From NCBI GenBank assembly GCA_045568075.1, contig JBJLBP010000001.1:1440001-1472000 (forward strand): a stretch of DNA of 32,000 nucleotides, given 5' to 3'. Shown piece after piece: positions 17,822 to 25,547 of this stretch. Made by a program: the position numbers and the translations under genes. Below the pieces are notes generated by a model. The model did no database searches. It saw only the letters and a list, made by a program, of their open reading frames with translations, and was not told the DNA's origin. Every line of letters begins with the position of its first letter. The stretch's first letter is position 1. Origin of the DNA: Candidatus Thalassarchaeaceae archaeon. GTDB lineage: Archaea; Thermoplasmatota; Poseidoniia; Poseidoniales; Thalassarchaeaceae.

Positions 17822-18856
17822 TTACGCCAACGACGTGAACGGATCATCGGATCCCCAAGGGTCGACTGCCCCGTCATCGTAGCGTCCCAGTCGGTCGTAC
17901 AAATTCTCGATTATCGCATAGGGCCAATCCGGATTGTTTGGGCCAAAGCGCTCCGCCATTCGGCCCCCTTCGCCGCCGTGGAAGTGCATAGGCACCTCAA
18001 GGCGGCGCAACATCCCATCAGGAATCCCTCCCATCGCGAAGAGATGTTCGGAACCGTCACGTCCGAGCACCCGATCGGGTACCGAGTCCTCATCGACGGG
18101 TCCCTCACAGGCATCGACTATCGTGTCGACCATTGCTTCGTAAGCCGCATCCAATCCACCCTCGTGCACAATCGCCTCAACCGTACCCATCACACCTAGA
18201 GGATCGAGTTCGCCAGTCAGCATCTGTAACCAGGTATGATGCGCCAAACAACGCAAAATCCACGGGTCTGCTGCTACGTACCTCCAAGCAGCGAATGGGC
18301 CACGAGAACGGTCACCTGGTTCAGGCAGTAGACCGTGCTCGATGAAAGCGTCCTTCAGACCACCCAAACGAGTCGGATCCATTGCAATGTGAGCATTGGC
18401 GAGCGTCTCTTCGGTCAGCAACCACCAATCCGGCCCCTCTCGACGCATCGAAATCGAATCGTGAAATTCATCATAATCACCGAAAGACGGTGGTAAATCG
18501 CCCGACTGAGCGTGTGTTCGGAGAACGTGAGAGGTCATTCCAGAGTCAACCCTGTGATGGAAATATTCGTGGTCAAAACCAAAGATAAAAGCGAGGTCAA
18601 GCGCCAACATTTCAACATCTTCCATGCCATCTGCATTCATCCTATTAGCGATAATAGCAGCTTGTTCAGAGAGCGCGTCAGCATTGCAGTGAATCCCCCA
18701 ATCGAGATCAACATCCGGGTCCTCGGAATCGCGTCGAAGCATCGGTCGATACCAGAAAGCGCGCAGGCCGACATCCGCCTCACCCATGGTCTCAGGACCG
18801 TGAATGAAGGGTGTGCCCTCGTTCATCCGCAGCCCGCCCATGCCGGTCATGGCCAT
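17822..18856 (-). CDS. Hypothetical protein (about 344 aa) carrying an HExxH motif; possible novel zincin-like metallohydrolase
   Basis: DHEYFHH is encoded at 18554-18574. A possible downstream third-ligand region is LLTEETLANAHIA. The ORF-track start at 18880 is TTG; the first ATGs are at 18856, 18850 and 18841. No family recognised. Confidence 0.55.
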   Translation of the reverse strand: MAMTGMGGLRMNEGTPFIHGPETMGEADVGLRAFWYRPMLRRDSEDPDVDLDWGIHCNADALSEQAAIIANRMNADGMEDVEMLALDLAFIFGFDHEYFHHRVDSGMTSHVLRTHAQSGDLPPSFGDYDEFHDSISMRREGPDWWLLTEETLANAHIAMDPTRLGGLKDAFIEHGLLPEPGDRSRGPFAAWRYVAADPWILRCLAHHTWLQMLTGELDPLGVMGTVEAIVHEGGLDAAYEAMVDTIVDACEGPVDEDSVPDRVLGRDGSEHLFAMGGIPDGMLRRLEVPMHFHGGEGGRMAERFGPNNPDWPYAIIENLYDRLGRYDDGAVDPWGSDDPFTSLA

Positions 18857-18924
18857 CGAGCCTGCGCCGTGGGCTATCAAGCGATTGTCTGATGAAGGGC
18901 ACGCGGGACAGCGGGTTGAGAGTC

Positions 18925-21063
18925 ATGCGCGCGCAGTCTTCCTCCTTCGACGTGGCGCGTATCGCGCGCGAACTTCGAACAATGGTCGGAGTTCGCGCAC
19001 GTAAGGCGTATCAACCACACTACGAGCAGGTTGTTCTGCGACTAAATCCGAAGGGAAAACCATCGGTGGATTTGGTGATTGTTCGGGGTAAGCGGCTGTA
19101 TATGTCGCGACGAGATAGGCCAATGCCGAACAATCCATCTCCTTTTGCGATGCTTTTGCGAAAACACCTGGGAAATTCACGTTTAGTCGCAGTTGAACAG
19201 GTTGGGTTCGATAGAGTTTTGATATTGACATTCGAGCATGGTGGTGGTCGATTGAAATTGGTCATCGAGCTCTTCCGAGATGGTAATGTTCTGCTGCTCG
19301 ATGATGAAGATGTAATCATTCAGCCGTTGACTCATGCAAAATACGCGAGTCGATCACTGAAGCGCGGTGAGCTATACATCCCTCCACCCGAAACTGTTGA
19401 TCCACGCGGGCTCGACCGCGCTGGATTAGATGCGATTCTGGCCGAATCGAACCATTCGATGATTCGGACCCTAGCCGCACGGGTAAATCTGGGTCGGATT
19501 TACGGAAATGCTGTTTGTACCGCTGCTGGAATAGGTTTGGATGAGCCTGCAGATTCACTTGATGAAGAGCAGAAGCAGGCTCTCAGCGATGCGATGACTG
19601 GACTTCTTGAGGAATTAGCAGAAGGTGAAGGATCGCATCTTTGGTTCGAAGATTCTGATGGACTGGAGGTGTGGAAAGCGGCGGAGGATCCAGTCAGCAT
19701 CGATTCCGCGAGTTCTGGAATTTCTGAATTCTCTCCAATCGAATTGCCATTCATGGACTCGTCAATGCAAGTCGGCATCGAAAACCTCTCTGCGGCTTAC
19801 GATGCCGTCTTCGGAGCGCACGATGCGGTAGCCTACATCCGCCGCGAGGAGGAAAAACTCGCTGCGGCGGGCGAGGACGAGGAAGAGCAGCGCGCTAAGT
19901 TGGACCGCAGAGCGGAACAGCAACGCTCTGCTATCGAACGATTTGAGTCGCAAGCCGTCTTGACCCAAGTTCTTGCCAAATCGATTCAGGATAATTGGAC
20001 ACATGTTGACGATCTACTCAGTCAAGTCAATTCGCTAATCGAGAATGAGGGCTGGCAAGCCCTTGACAAGAAGGTTGGAGATGTAGTGTGGATTGAACGA
20101 GTTGATCCAGCTAAGCGAACCATTCTCGCCCGGATGCCAGATGAGGATAACGAGCCGGGCGCCAGTGTCACCCTCGCGGTAGAGAAGAGCGTTCATCAGA
20201 ACGCTCAGACCTATTTTGAACAAGCTCGAACGCTCAAAGACAAGGCAAAGGGAGCCAAGGCAGCACTTGAGCGGACCGAGACACATGCTGCGAAAGAGCA
20301 GGCCAAGCGAGCAAAGGAAGCTGCTGCGGGCCGAGTTCGGTTAGCAAAGCGTAGCAAGCGCTTCTGGTTCGAAAAGCATCGTTGGGGTATTCTTTCGGAT
20401 GGTCGAATGATTGTCGGAGGACGTGATGCAAAAGGAAATGATACGGTTGTCCGCAAGTATCTGCGCTCAACCGACCTCTATGTCCACGCCGACTTGCACG
20501 GTGCGCCGTCTTGCTCACTGAGATTGCGTGACGGACTCGAAATCGACCCAAATCCAATAGGATTCAGGCCTGAAGGAGTTGCTTCGTTGAAGATTTCACA
20601 GGAATTTGCCGATGAGCTGGAAGATGCACAGAATCTACCCCCCGAGATTATCGAAGAAGGCGCACAACTTGCAATCGTATGGTCACGCGCATGGGGTAGC
20701 GGCGGGGCGGCTGCAACCGCTTTCCACGCCCGCCCAGCACAGGTATCGAAGCAGACTGAAAGTGGCGAATCAATAGGTCGTGGAGCCTTCGTTGTCAGAG
20801 GTCAGAGGACTTGGTATCGCGATGTGCCGATGGAGATCGCCATCGGTTTCGCAACAATCAACAATATCCCGATTCCAGTCTCAGGAACCGCGGCCGGAGT
20901 CTCAAAAATTTGTCAACGATGGGCGCTGATAAAGCCTGGTCGAGAGAAGAAAGAGACCATCGCCAATCGAATCGCCAAAGCCACCGGATTGGCTCAGGAT
21001 GATGTCCTCTCAGCCCTTCCTTCCGGAGCCTGTGAAATCGTAGATCACGGACTTTTGGGTTGA
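18925..21063 (+). CDS. NFACT-family protein (archaeal RqcH/FbpA-like ribosome quality-control factor)
   Basis: From the ATG at 18925 the N-terminus reads MRAQSSSFDVARIARELRTMVG...KAYQP (NFACT-N). There is a central E/K/A-rich coiled coil. NFACT-R/DUF814 region: WFEKHRWGILSDGRMIVGGRDAKGNDTVVRKYLRSTDLYVHADLHGAPSCSL. The ORF-track extension from 18811 overlaps the divergent gene and looks non-native. Confidence 0.85.
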   Translation: MRAQSSSFDVARIARELRTMVGVRARKAYQPHYEQVVLRLNPKGKPSVDLVIVRGKRLYMSRRDRPMPNNPSPFAMLLRKHLGNSRLVAVEQVGFDRVLILTFEHGGGRLKLVIELFRDGNVLLLDDEDVIIQPLTHAKYASRSLKRGELYIPPPETVDPRGLDRAGLDAILAESNHSMIRTLAARVNLGRIYGNAVCTAAGIGLDEPADSLDEEQKQALSDAMTGLLEELAEGEGSHLWFEDSDGLEVWKAAEDPVSIDSASSGISEFSPIELPFMDSSMQVGIENLSAAYDAVFGAHDAVAYIRREEEKLAAAGEDEEEQRAKLDRRAEQQRSAIERFESQAVLTQVLAKSIQDNWTHVDDLLSQVNSLIENEGWQALDKKVGDVVWIERVDPAKRTILARMPDEDNEPGASVTLAVEKSVHQNAQTYFEQARTLKDKAKGAKAALERTETHAAKEQAKRAKEAAAGRVRLAKRSKRFWFEKHRWGILSDGRMIVGGRDAKGNDTVVRKYLRSTDLYVHADLHGAPSCSLRLRDGLEIDPNPIGFRPEGVASLKISQEFADELEDAQNLPPEIIEEGAQLAIVWSRAWGSGGAAATAFHARPAQVSKQTESGESIGRGAFVVRGQRTWYRDVPMEIAIGFATINNIPIPVSGTAAGVSKICQRWALIKPGREKKETIANRIAKATGLAQDDVLSALPSGACEIVDHGLLG

Positions 21064-21065
21064 AG

Positions 21066-21611
21066 TCACTTAGACCGCTTTTCATCCCACTCAGGTTTTG
21101 TGATAGCGTATAATTTGGCATCAACATAGTGGTCGTAGAGCCATTCCCTATCCTTGGTAATCCCCTCTAATCTCATTCCTATTCTTTCTGCTACCTCGCA
21201 GCTTGCTACATTGTCGATAGCGGCCTCGAGGACGAATCTGTGTAGGTTTAGGTCATCGAAGCAATGTTCCATCAATCGAATACAAGATTTCGTCACATAA
21301 CCATTTCCGGTTAGATTTTCGGCCAACCAATAGCCAACTCCACATCCCTTATTTCCCCAATCAATCCAATTCAGACCAATAGTTCCGATTATATTTCCAT
21401 CTAGACGAATAGCGTAAATTACTCCCTCTCTCTTCTCATACTCTTCTAGACTCATAGAGATGAATGAGTTTTCATCCTCGATACTCTTTGTTCCATCTAA
21501 CCATGGAAGCCACTCCCTGAGGTATATTCTGTTGGAATCAACTACTGAAAATAACTCGGATGCATCATCCATTCCGATTAAAGAAAGTTCTAGCCCGGCT
21601 TCTACATCCAT
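21066..21611 (-). CDS. GNAT-family N-acetyltransferase (RimJ/RimL-like)
   Basis: LELSLIGMDDASELFSVVDSNRIYLREWLPW, IGTIGLNWIDWGNKGCGVGYWL, GNGYVTKS, LHRFVLEAAIDNVASCEVAERIGMRLEG. The probable start is MDVEAG at 21611. The 21671 extension (MAGRCGGPQEGGG...) looks spurious. Confidence 0.85.
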   Translation of the reverse strand: MDVEAGLELSLIGMDDASELFSVVDSNRIYLREWLPWLDGTKSIEDENSFISMSLEEYEKREGVIYAIRLDGNIIGTIGLNWIDWGNKGCGVGYWLAENLTGNGYVTKSCIRLMEHCFDDLNLHRFVLEAAIDNVASCEVAERIGMRLEGITKDREWLYDHYVDAKLYAITKPEWDEKRSK

Positions 21612-21680
21612 ACGCGTTGCTGGTCTTAGGTCGCCGCCACCTTCCTGCGGACCTCCGCATCTACCAGCCATGAAATGGCG

Positions 21681-21688
21681 GCTAAATT
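21681..21688. promoter_or_regulatory. TATA-like GCTAAATT (AATTTAGC on the minus strand) in the divergent GNAT/TDO intergenic region
   Basis: Belongs to the G-CTAA-N-A/T box type seen upstream of rpoK and the protease. It lies 35 nt before the TTG at 21724 and 74 nt before the ATG at 21763. Confidence 0.3.
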
Positions 21689-21762
21689 CGGTGGTTTAGA
21701 GGGTTCGGATTCGGAACTGTGGCTTGGGTAACGATTCAAGCGTGGAGAGTCATCCGAGGAAC

Positions 21763-22845
21763 ATGGGCGGCTCAAGCAGCGAGGGGAATTGGACCTATGG
21801 CGACTACCTACAATTACCTGAATTACTCTCCCTCCAAGGTGAAAACCGCAACGTCAGTCCTGACGAAATGCACTTCATAATCGTCCATCAGACCTTCGAA
21901 CTTTGGTTCAAGCAGGTGATTCGCGAACTTACCGAAGTTCGCGACATCCTCAGTCAGAATCACGTACCTGAGGATGATATTCCTCGGGCGGTCGACCACC
22001 TTGGTAGGACGACCGAGATTTTTCGCTTGATGGGGAGTCAATGGGCTGTTGTCGAGACCATAACTCCGCAAGGATTCCTTACATTCCGTGATGGTCTCGG
22101 CACCGCATCTGGCTTCGAGTCCTATCAGATGAGGGAATTCGAAATACTCCTTGGTTTGTCGAATGAAGACCGATTGTACGGTATGGATCCAATTGCAACA
22201 TTCCGCAAGTTAGCCGACAAATCGGAGCGCGATGCGGCTATTCTCGCACGTCTCGAAGACGCCGCATCGAAGCCGTCGCTCTTCGATTCGATTCTGCGAT
22301 GGGTCTCACGAACTCCGATTATGGGATCGACCACTGGAAGCGAGGATGATGATGCTGTCGTCGCGGCCTATGTTGATTCACATCTGGCCGCGCACGAGGC
22401 GATTGGAAAGGAGGCTGCTGCTCGTATGTCAGGCTATGGAGCCTCAACACCAGAGCAGGCGGCCCAGAGATTCGATGCCTCGCATCAGGCTGCAATCGAA
22501 TATCTCAAGCCGGATGGCGAAATAAATCGCGCACGAGCGGGCTTACTATTCATCGAATCATACCGCGAACTGCCGCTTCTAACCTGGCCTCGCACGCTGA
22601 TTGATGCAATGGTCGAACTCGAGGAAGCGATGGTAAAATGGCGTCATGCACACGCACGTATGGTTGAACGAATCATGGGGCGCCGAATGGGAACTGGTGG
22701 AACCAGTGGCGTCGATTACCTCGATGCAACCTCTCAATATCGTATCTTCAAGGACCTCTGGGCGGTTCGTACGATTCTCGTTAAGCCGCAATTGCGCCCA
22801 GCTCTGAGTAATGCGGAATTCTACAGATATTCGGCTGAGAATTGA
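21763..22845 (+). CDS. kynA: Tryptophan 2,3-dioxygenase
   Basis: YGDYLQLPELLSLQ, DEMHFIIVHQTFELWFKQ, WRHAHARMVERIMGRRMGTGGTSGVDYL (proximal His region). The ORF-track start at 21724 is TTG; the ATG at 21763 leaves 11 aa before the conserved YGDYL. Confidence 0.9.
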   Translation: MGGSSSEGNWTYGDYLQLPELLSLQGENRNVSPDEMHFIIVHQTFELWFKQVIRELTEVRDILSQNHVPEDDIPRAVDHLGRTTEIFRLMGSQWAVVETITPQGFLTFRDGLGTASGFESYQMREFEILLGLSNEDRLYGMDPIATFRKLADKSERDAAILARLEDAASKPSLFDSILRWVSRTPIMGSTTGSEDDDAVVAAYVDSHLAAHEAIGKEAAARMSGYGASTPEQAAQRFDASHQAAIEYLKPDGEINRARAGLLFIESYRELPLLTWPRTLIDAMVELEEAMVKWRHAHARMVERIMGRRMGTGGTSGVDYLDATSQYRIFKDLWAVRTILVKPQLRPALSNAEFYRYSAEN

Positions 22846-22904
22846 GGGCTTGCAACGGTGCAGTCATCGCACCTTTCAAGGCCTGAACCTGTCTCGCTGT
22901 TGCT

Positions 22905-24062
22905 ATGTCGGCCCCCGTCATCTGTGCTTACGCACGAACTCCCTTCGGTCGTTACCGTGGGGCTCTTGCGGGATACTCAGCGACTGAACTCGGCACCCTG
23001 GCTGTGAAGGCGCTGCTGGAGCGTGCTGCAATCGATGCCACGAGCGGTATCGTCGATCAACTCTACATGGGTCAGGTATTGCAAGCGGGTGCTGGTCAAG
23101 CTCCCGCCCGTCAGGTCGCCCTCGGGGCTGGCCTGCCTTATTCGACACCCTGCACGACTGTCAACAAGGTCTGTGGTTCCAGTCTCAAGGCGGCGATGAT
23201 CGGCGCGACTGAAATCATGGCTGGACGCGCCGATGTAGTAATCGCCGGTGGAATGGAATCTATGTCGAATGCACCTCACTTCATTCGCGGTGCGCGTCGC
23301 GGCGATGAGATATCTTACGGTGACCTTTCGAGCATCCTCAGCCACGATGGACTGAAGGATGCCTATGATGAATCTATGATGGGAGTCACGGGAGAGACCA
23401 TTGCCCGTGAGGCCGACATCTCCCGTGAACAATCAGATGCTTTCGCAGTCCGCTCACACACACTCTCCAATCAAGCCTGGGATCAAGGATGGTTTGCTGA
23501 AGAGTGTCTTGAAATCGACGGATTAAGCCGTGATGAAGGCATCCGCACAGACACTTCGGTGGAGAGTTTGGCCGGCCTCAGAACTGTCTTCGACAAAGAG
23601 GGACAAGTCACGGCCGGCAATGCCAGCCAAGTCTCAGACGGCGGCTCTGCATTGCTGATCGCATCCGAGACAGCCGCCGCAGCGAATGGCTGGCCAGTGC
23701 TCGCACGAATAGTTGACTTCGTCACCTCGGGTGTTGAGCCACACCGGGTGATGTCGGCGCCGATTCCAGCCGTCAAGATGCTTCTCGAGCGTAACGGACT
23801 CACCATCGCGGACATTGACATCCTCGAGCACAATGAGGCCTTTGCAGCCGCCTCTTGCGCAGTGAAGAAGTCCTTCGATATTCCAGATGAAAAATTCAAT
23901 CCACACGGTGGAGCAGTTGCGATGGGGCATCCTCTGGGTGCCACCGGAGCGCGTTGTTTGATGACGCTAACAAACGCGCTCAATCGCACTGGCGGTCACC
24001 GCGGAATAGTCACCATTTGCCTTGGCGGCGGCAACGCTGTTGGCATGCTCATCGAAGTTTGA
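22905..24062 (+). CDS. Acetyl-CoA C-acetyltransferase (thiolase II)
   Basis: VNKVCGSSLKA (active-site Cys), NEAFAA, GGAVAMGHPLGATGAR, CLGGGNAVGMLIEV. Confidence 0.93.
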   Translation: MSAPVICAYARTPFGRYRGALAGYSATELGTLAVKALLERAAIDATSGIVDQLYMGQVLQAGAGQAPARQVALGAGLPYSTPCTTVNKVCGSSLKAAMIGATEIMAGRADVVIAGGMESMSNAPHFIRGARRGDEISYGDLSSILSHDGLKDAYDESMMGVTGETIAREADISREQSDAFAVRSHTLSNQAWDQGWFAEECLEIDGLSRDEGIRTDTSVESLAGLRTVFDKEGQVTAGNASQVSDGGSALLIASETAAAANGWPVLARIVDFVTSGVEPHRVMSAPIPAVKMLLERNGLTIADIDILEHNEAFAAASCAVKKSFDIPDEKFNPHGGAVAMGHPLGATGARCLMTLTNALNRTGGHRGIVTICLGGGNAVGMLIEV

Positions 24063-24077
24063 ACAGGCCGCTTAATG

Positions 24078-24094
24078 CGCCCCCAAAGGGGGCG
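24078..24094 (+). terminator. GC-rich hairpin CGCCCCC-AAA-GGGGGCG, 16 nt after the thiolase stop
   Basis: Perfect 7-bp G/C stem read directly from the sequence. No following T-run, so terminator function is uncertain. Confidence 0.3.
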
Positions 24095-24107
24095 GGAGCC
24101 AGCCGGT

Positions 24108-24117
24108 GGGCTAATAG
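24108..24117 (+). promoter_or_regulatory. TATA-like box GGGCTAATAG, 25 nt upstream of the rpoK ATG (leaderless geometry)
   Basis: CTAATA at 24111-24116. The spacing to the ATG at 24142 matches the 23-nt spacing at 14252 and at 28080. Confidence 0.4.
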
Positions 24118-24141
24118 GGGGGCCTCCGGTCGCCCGCCCCG

Positions 24142-24402
24142 ATGGTCAAGCCCATACGACAGCACACTCGCTTCGAGAAGGCCCGAATCATCGGTGCACG
24201 AGCCCTGCAGATCAGTATGGGCGCACCGTTGTATGTCTCGGAGGAGGAACTCCGCGAGAACTTCATGGACGAACTTATCCAACTCTACGGCACCGAGGAT
24301 GCGAAGGCTCGCTTCGTCCTCGACCCTCTGAAGATAGCAATGCTGGAGTATGAATCTCACCGTATCCCAATTGACGTCGACCCTCACACTAAGGATGAGT
24401 GA
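24142..24402 (+). CDS. rpoK: DNA-directed RNA polymerase subunit K (Rpo6)
   Basis: [21 protein letters not shown] ... [19 protein letters not shown]. This subunit occurs only in archaea and eukaryotes. Confidence 0.92.
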   Translation: MVKPIRQHTRFEKARIIGARALQISMGAPLYVSEEELRENFMDELIQLYGTEDAKARFVLDPLKIAMLEYESHRIPIDVDPHTKDE

Positions 24403-24443
24403 GGTCCCCGGCGTTCGCGGTCGCTCCGATTGGAGGATTAGCA

Positions 24444-25505
24444 ATGCTCGACCGTCTCAATACGAAACGTCTGACGGCCGCACTGATTGTACTGACATTT
24501 CTGGTCATAGCAGTCGGTGGCCTCATTCGAGTCTCCGAAGCTGGTGAATCCTGCCCAGATTGGCCGACTTGCTTCGGTTCGTGGTCCTTCGACATCAGCC
24601 CCGAAGAGCAGGAGGCTTGGTGGCAAGAGAATCCCGATGAAATCGATTCTCGTGGCGAGCACCACCGTTACACCACTTTCGAGATCTTCACGGAGTGGTT
24701 CCATCGACTGCTCGCCGGAGCCATACTCGGACCTCTTGTTCTACTCAATTGGTTACTCATCCGTAGAGAAGAGGATTCGAGCGCGTCAGTCAAATTCGGC
24801 TCAACTCTCGCAGTCGGCCTAATCATCTGGCAAGGCGCTCTCGGCTGGCTAACAGTTGAGTTAGACAACGAACACTGGAGTGTTGCTCTCCATCTTGCCA
24901 GTGCTCTCGCCTTCGAACTAGCACTCATCTGGCTCTGGCTTTGCCTCAATAGAGACTCAGGTCAAACCCCAGACTGGCTGGAATTTGACCCAGTCCTCGC
25001 CTCGCGCTGGAACAAGCGAATCGCTTGGCTCGGACTCGGATCATTCGCCTCCCTATTCGCAGGAGTTTTCGTCTCCACCACACCGGGAGCAGACACGGTT
25101 TGTGGAGTCGGTAGCCACGATGCTTGGCCATTGTGTCAAGGGGAATTATTTCCTGAAATCGTCGATATTATCAACCAATCTCAGGTCATCCATCGATGGA
25201 TTGTCGCCGTAGTTGGAATCGCTCTACTCATCGCGGCCTGGTTCGTCTGGAAGGAAAACAAAGAGCACCAACACGGCCTGATTCTGCGTAATTGGATCTG
25301 GACTGCTGCTGGACTTTTTCTGCTGAATTTACTCATCGGCGCACTCTACGTTTTGTCTTGGGCACCAGACACTGAGTTGTTCCAACAAACACTCTCTCTA
25401 GTCCATCTTCTGATTGGTTCGCTGGTCTTCCTAACCCTCGCTACCGCTTGGCTTGCCACATCCACACTCGCTCTCCACGAGCCCTCGCCAGAGGCCCTCA
25501 ACTGA
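24444..25505 (+). CDS. ctaA: Heme A synthase (COX15/CtaA)
   Basis: From the ATG at 24444: MLDRLNTKRLTAALIVLTFLVIAVGGLIRVSEAGESCPDWPTCFG. Multiple TM helices carry conserved His (FHRLLAG, VIHRWIVA, LVHLLIGS). The ORF-track start at 24399 is a GTG overlapping the rpoK stop. Confidence 0.88.
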   Translation: MLDRLNTKRLTAALIVLTFLVIAVGGLIRVSEAGESCPDWPTCFGSWSFDISPEEQEAWWQENPDEIDSRGEHHRYTTFEIFTEWFHRLLAGAILGPLVLLNWLLIRREEDSSASVKFGSTLAVGLIIWQGALGWLTVELDNEHWSVALHLASALAFELALIWLWLCLNRDSGQTPDWLEFDPVLASRWNKRIAWLGLGSFASLFAGVFVSTTPGADTVCGVGSHDAWPLCQGELFPEIVDIINQSQVIHRWIVAVVGIALLIAAWFVWKENKEHQHGLILRNWIWTAAGLFLLNLLIGALYVLSWAPDTELFQQTLSLVHLLIGSLVFLTLATAWLATSTLALHEPSPEALN

Positions 25506-25547
25506 CTTCTTGACTCCTAGCAAGGCTTGGGTTTGGGCAATCTTCTG

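Noticed and set aside
23954-24353. ORFs 23954-24331(+) and 24075-24353(+), which overlap the thiolase end and rpoK in other frames.
   Set aside because: Their translations are Arg/Pro/Ser-rich and motif-free. The rpoK frame carries the highly conserved [20 protein letters not shown] block.
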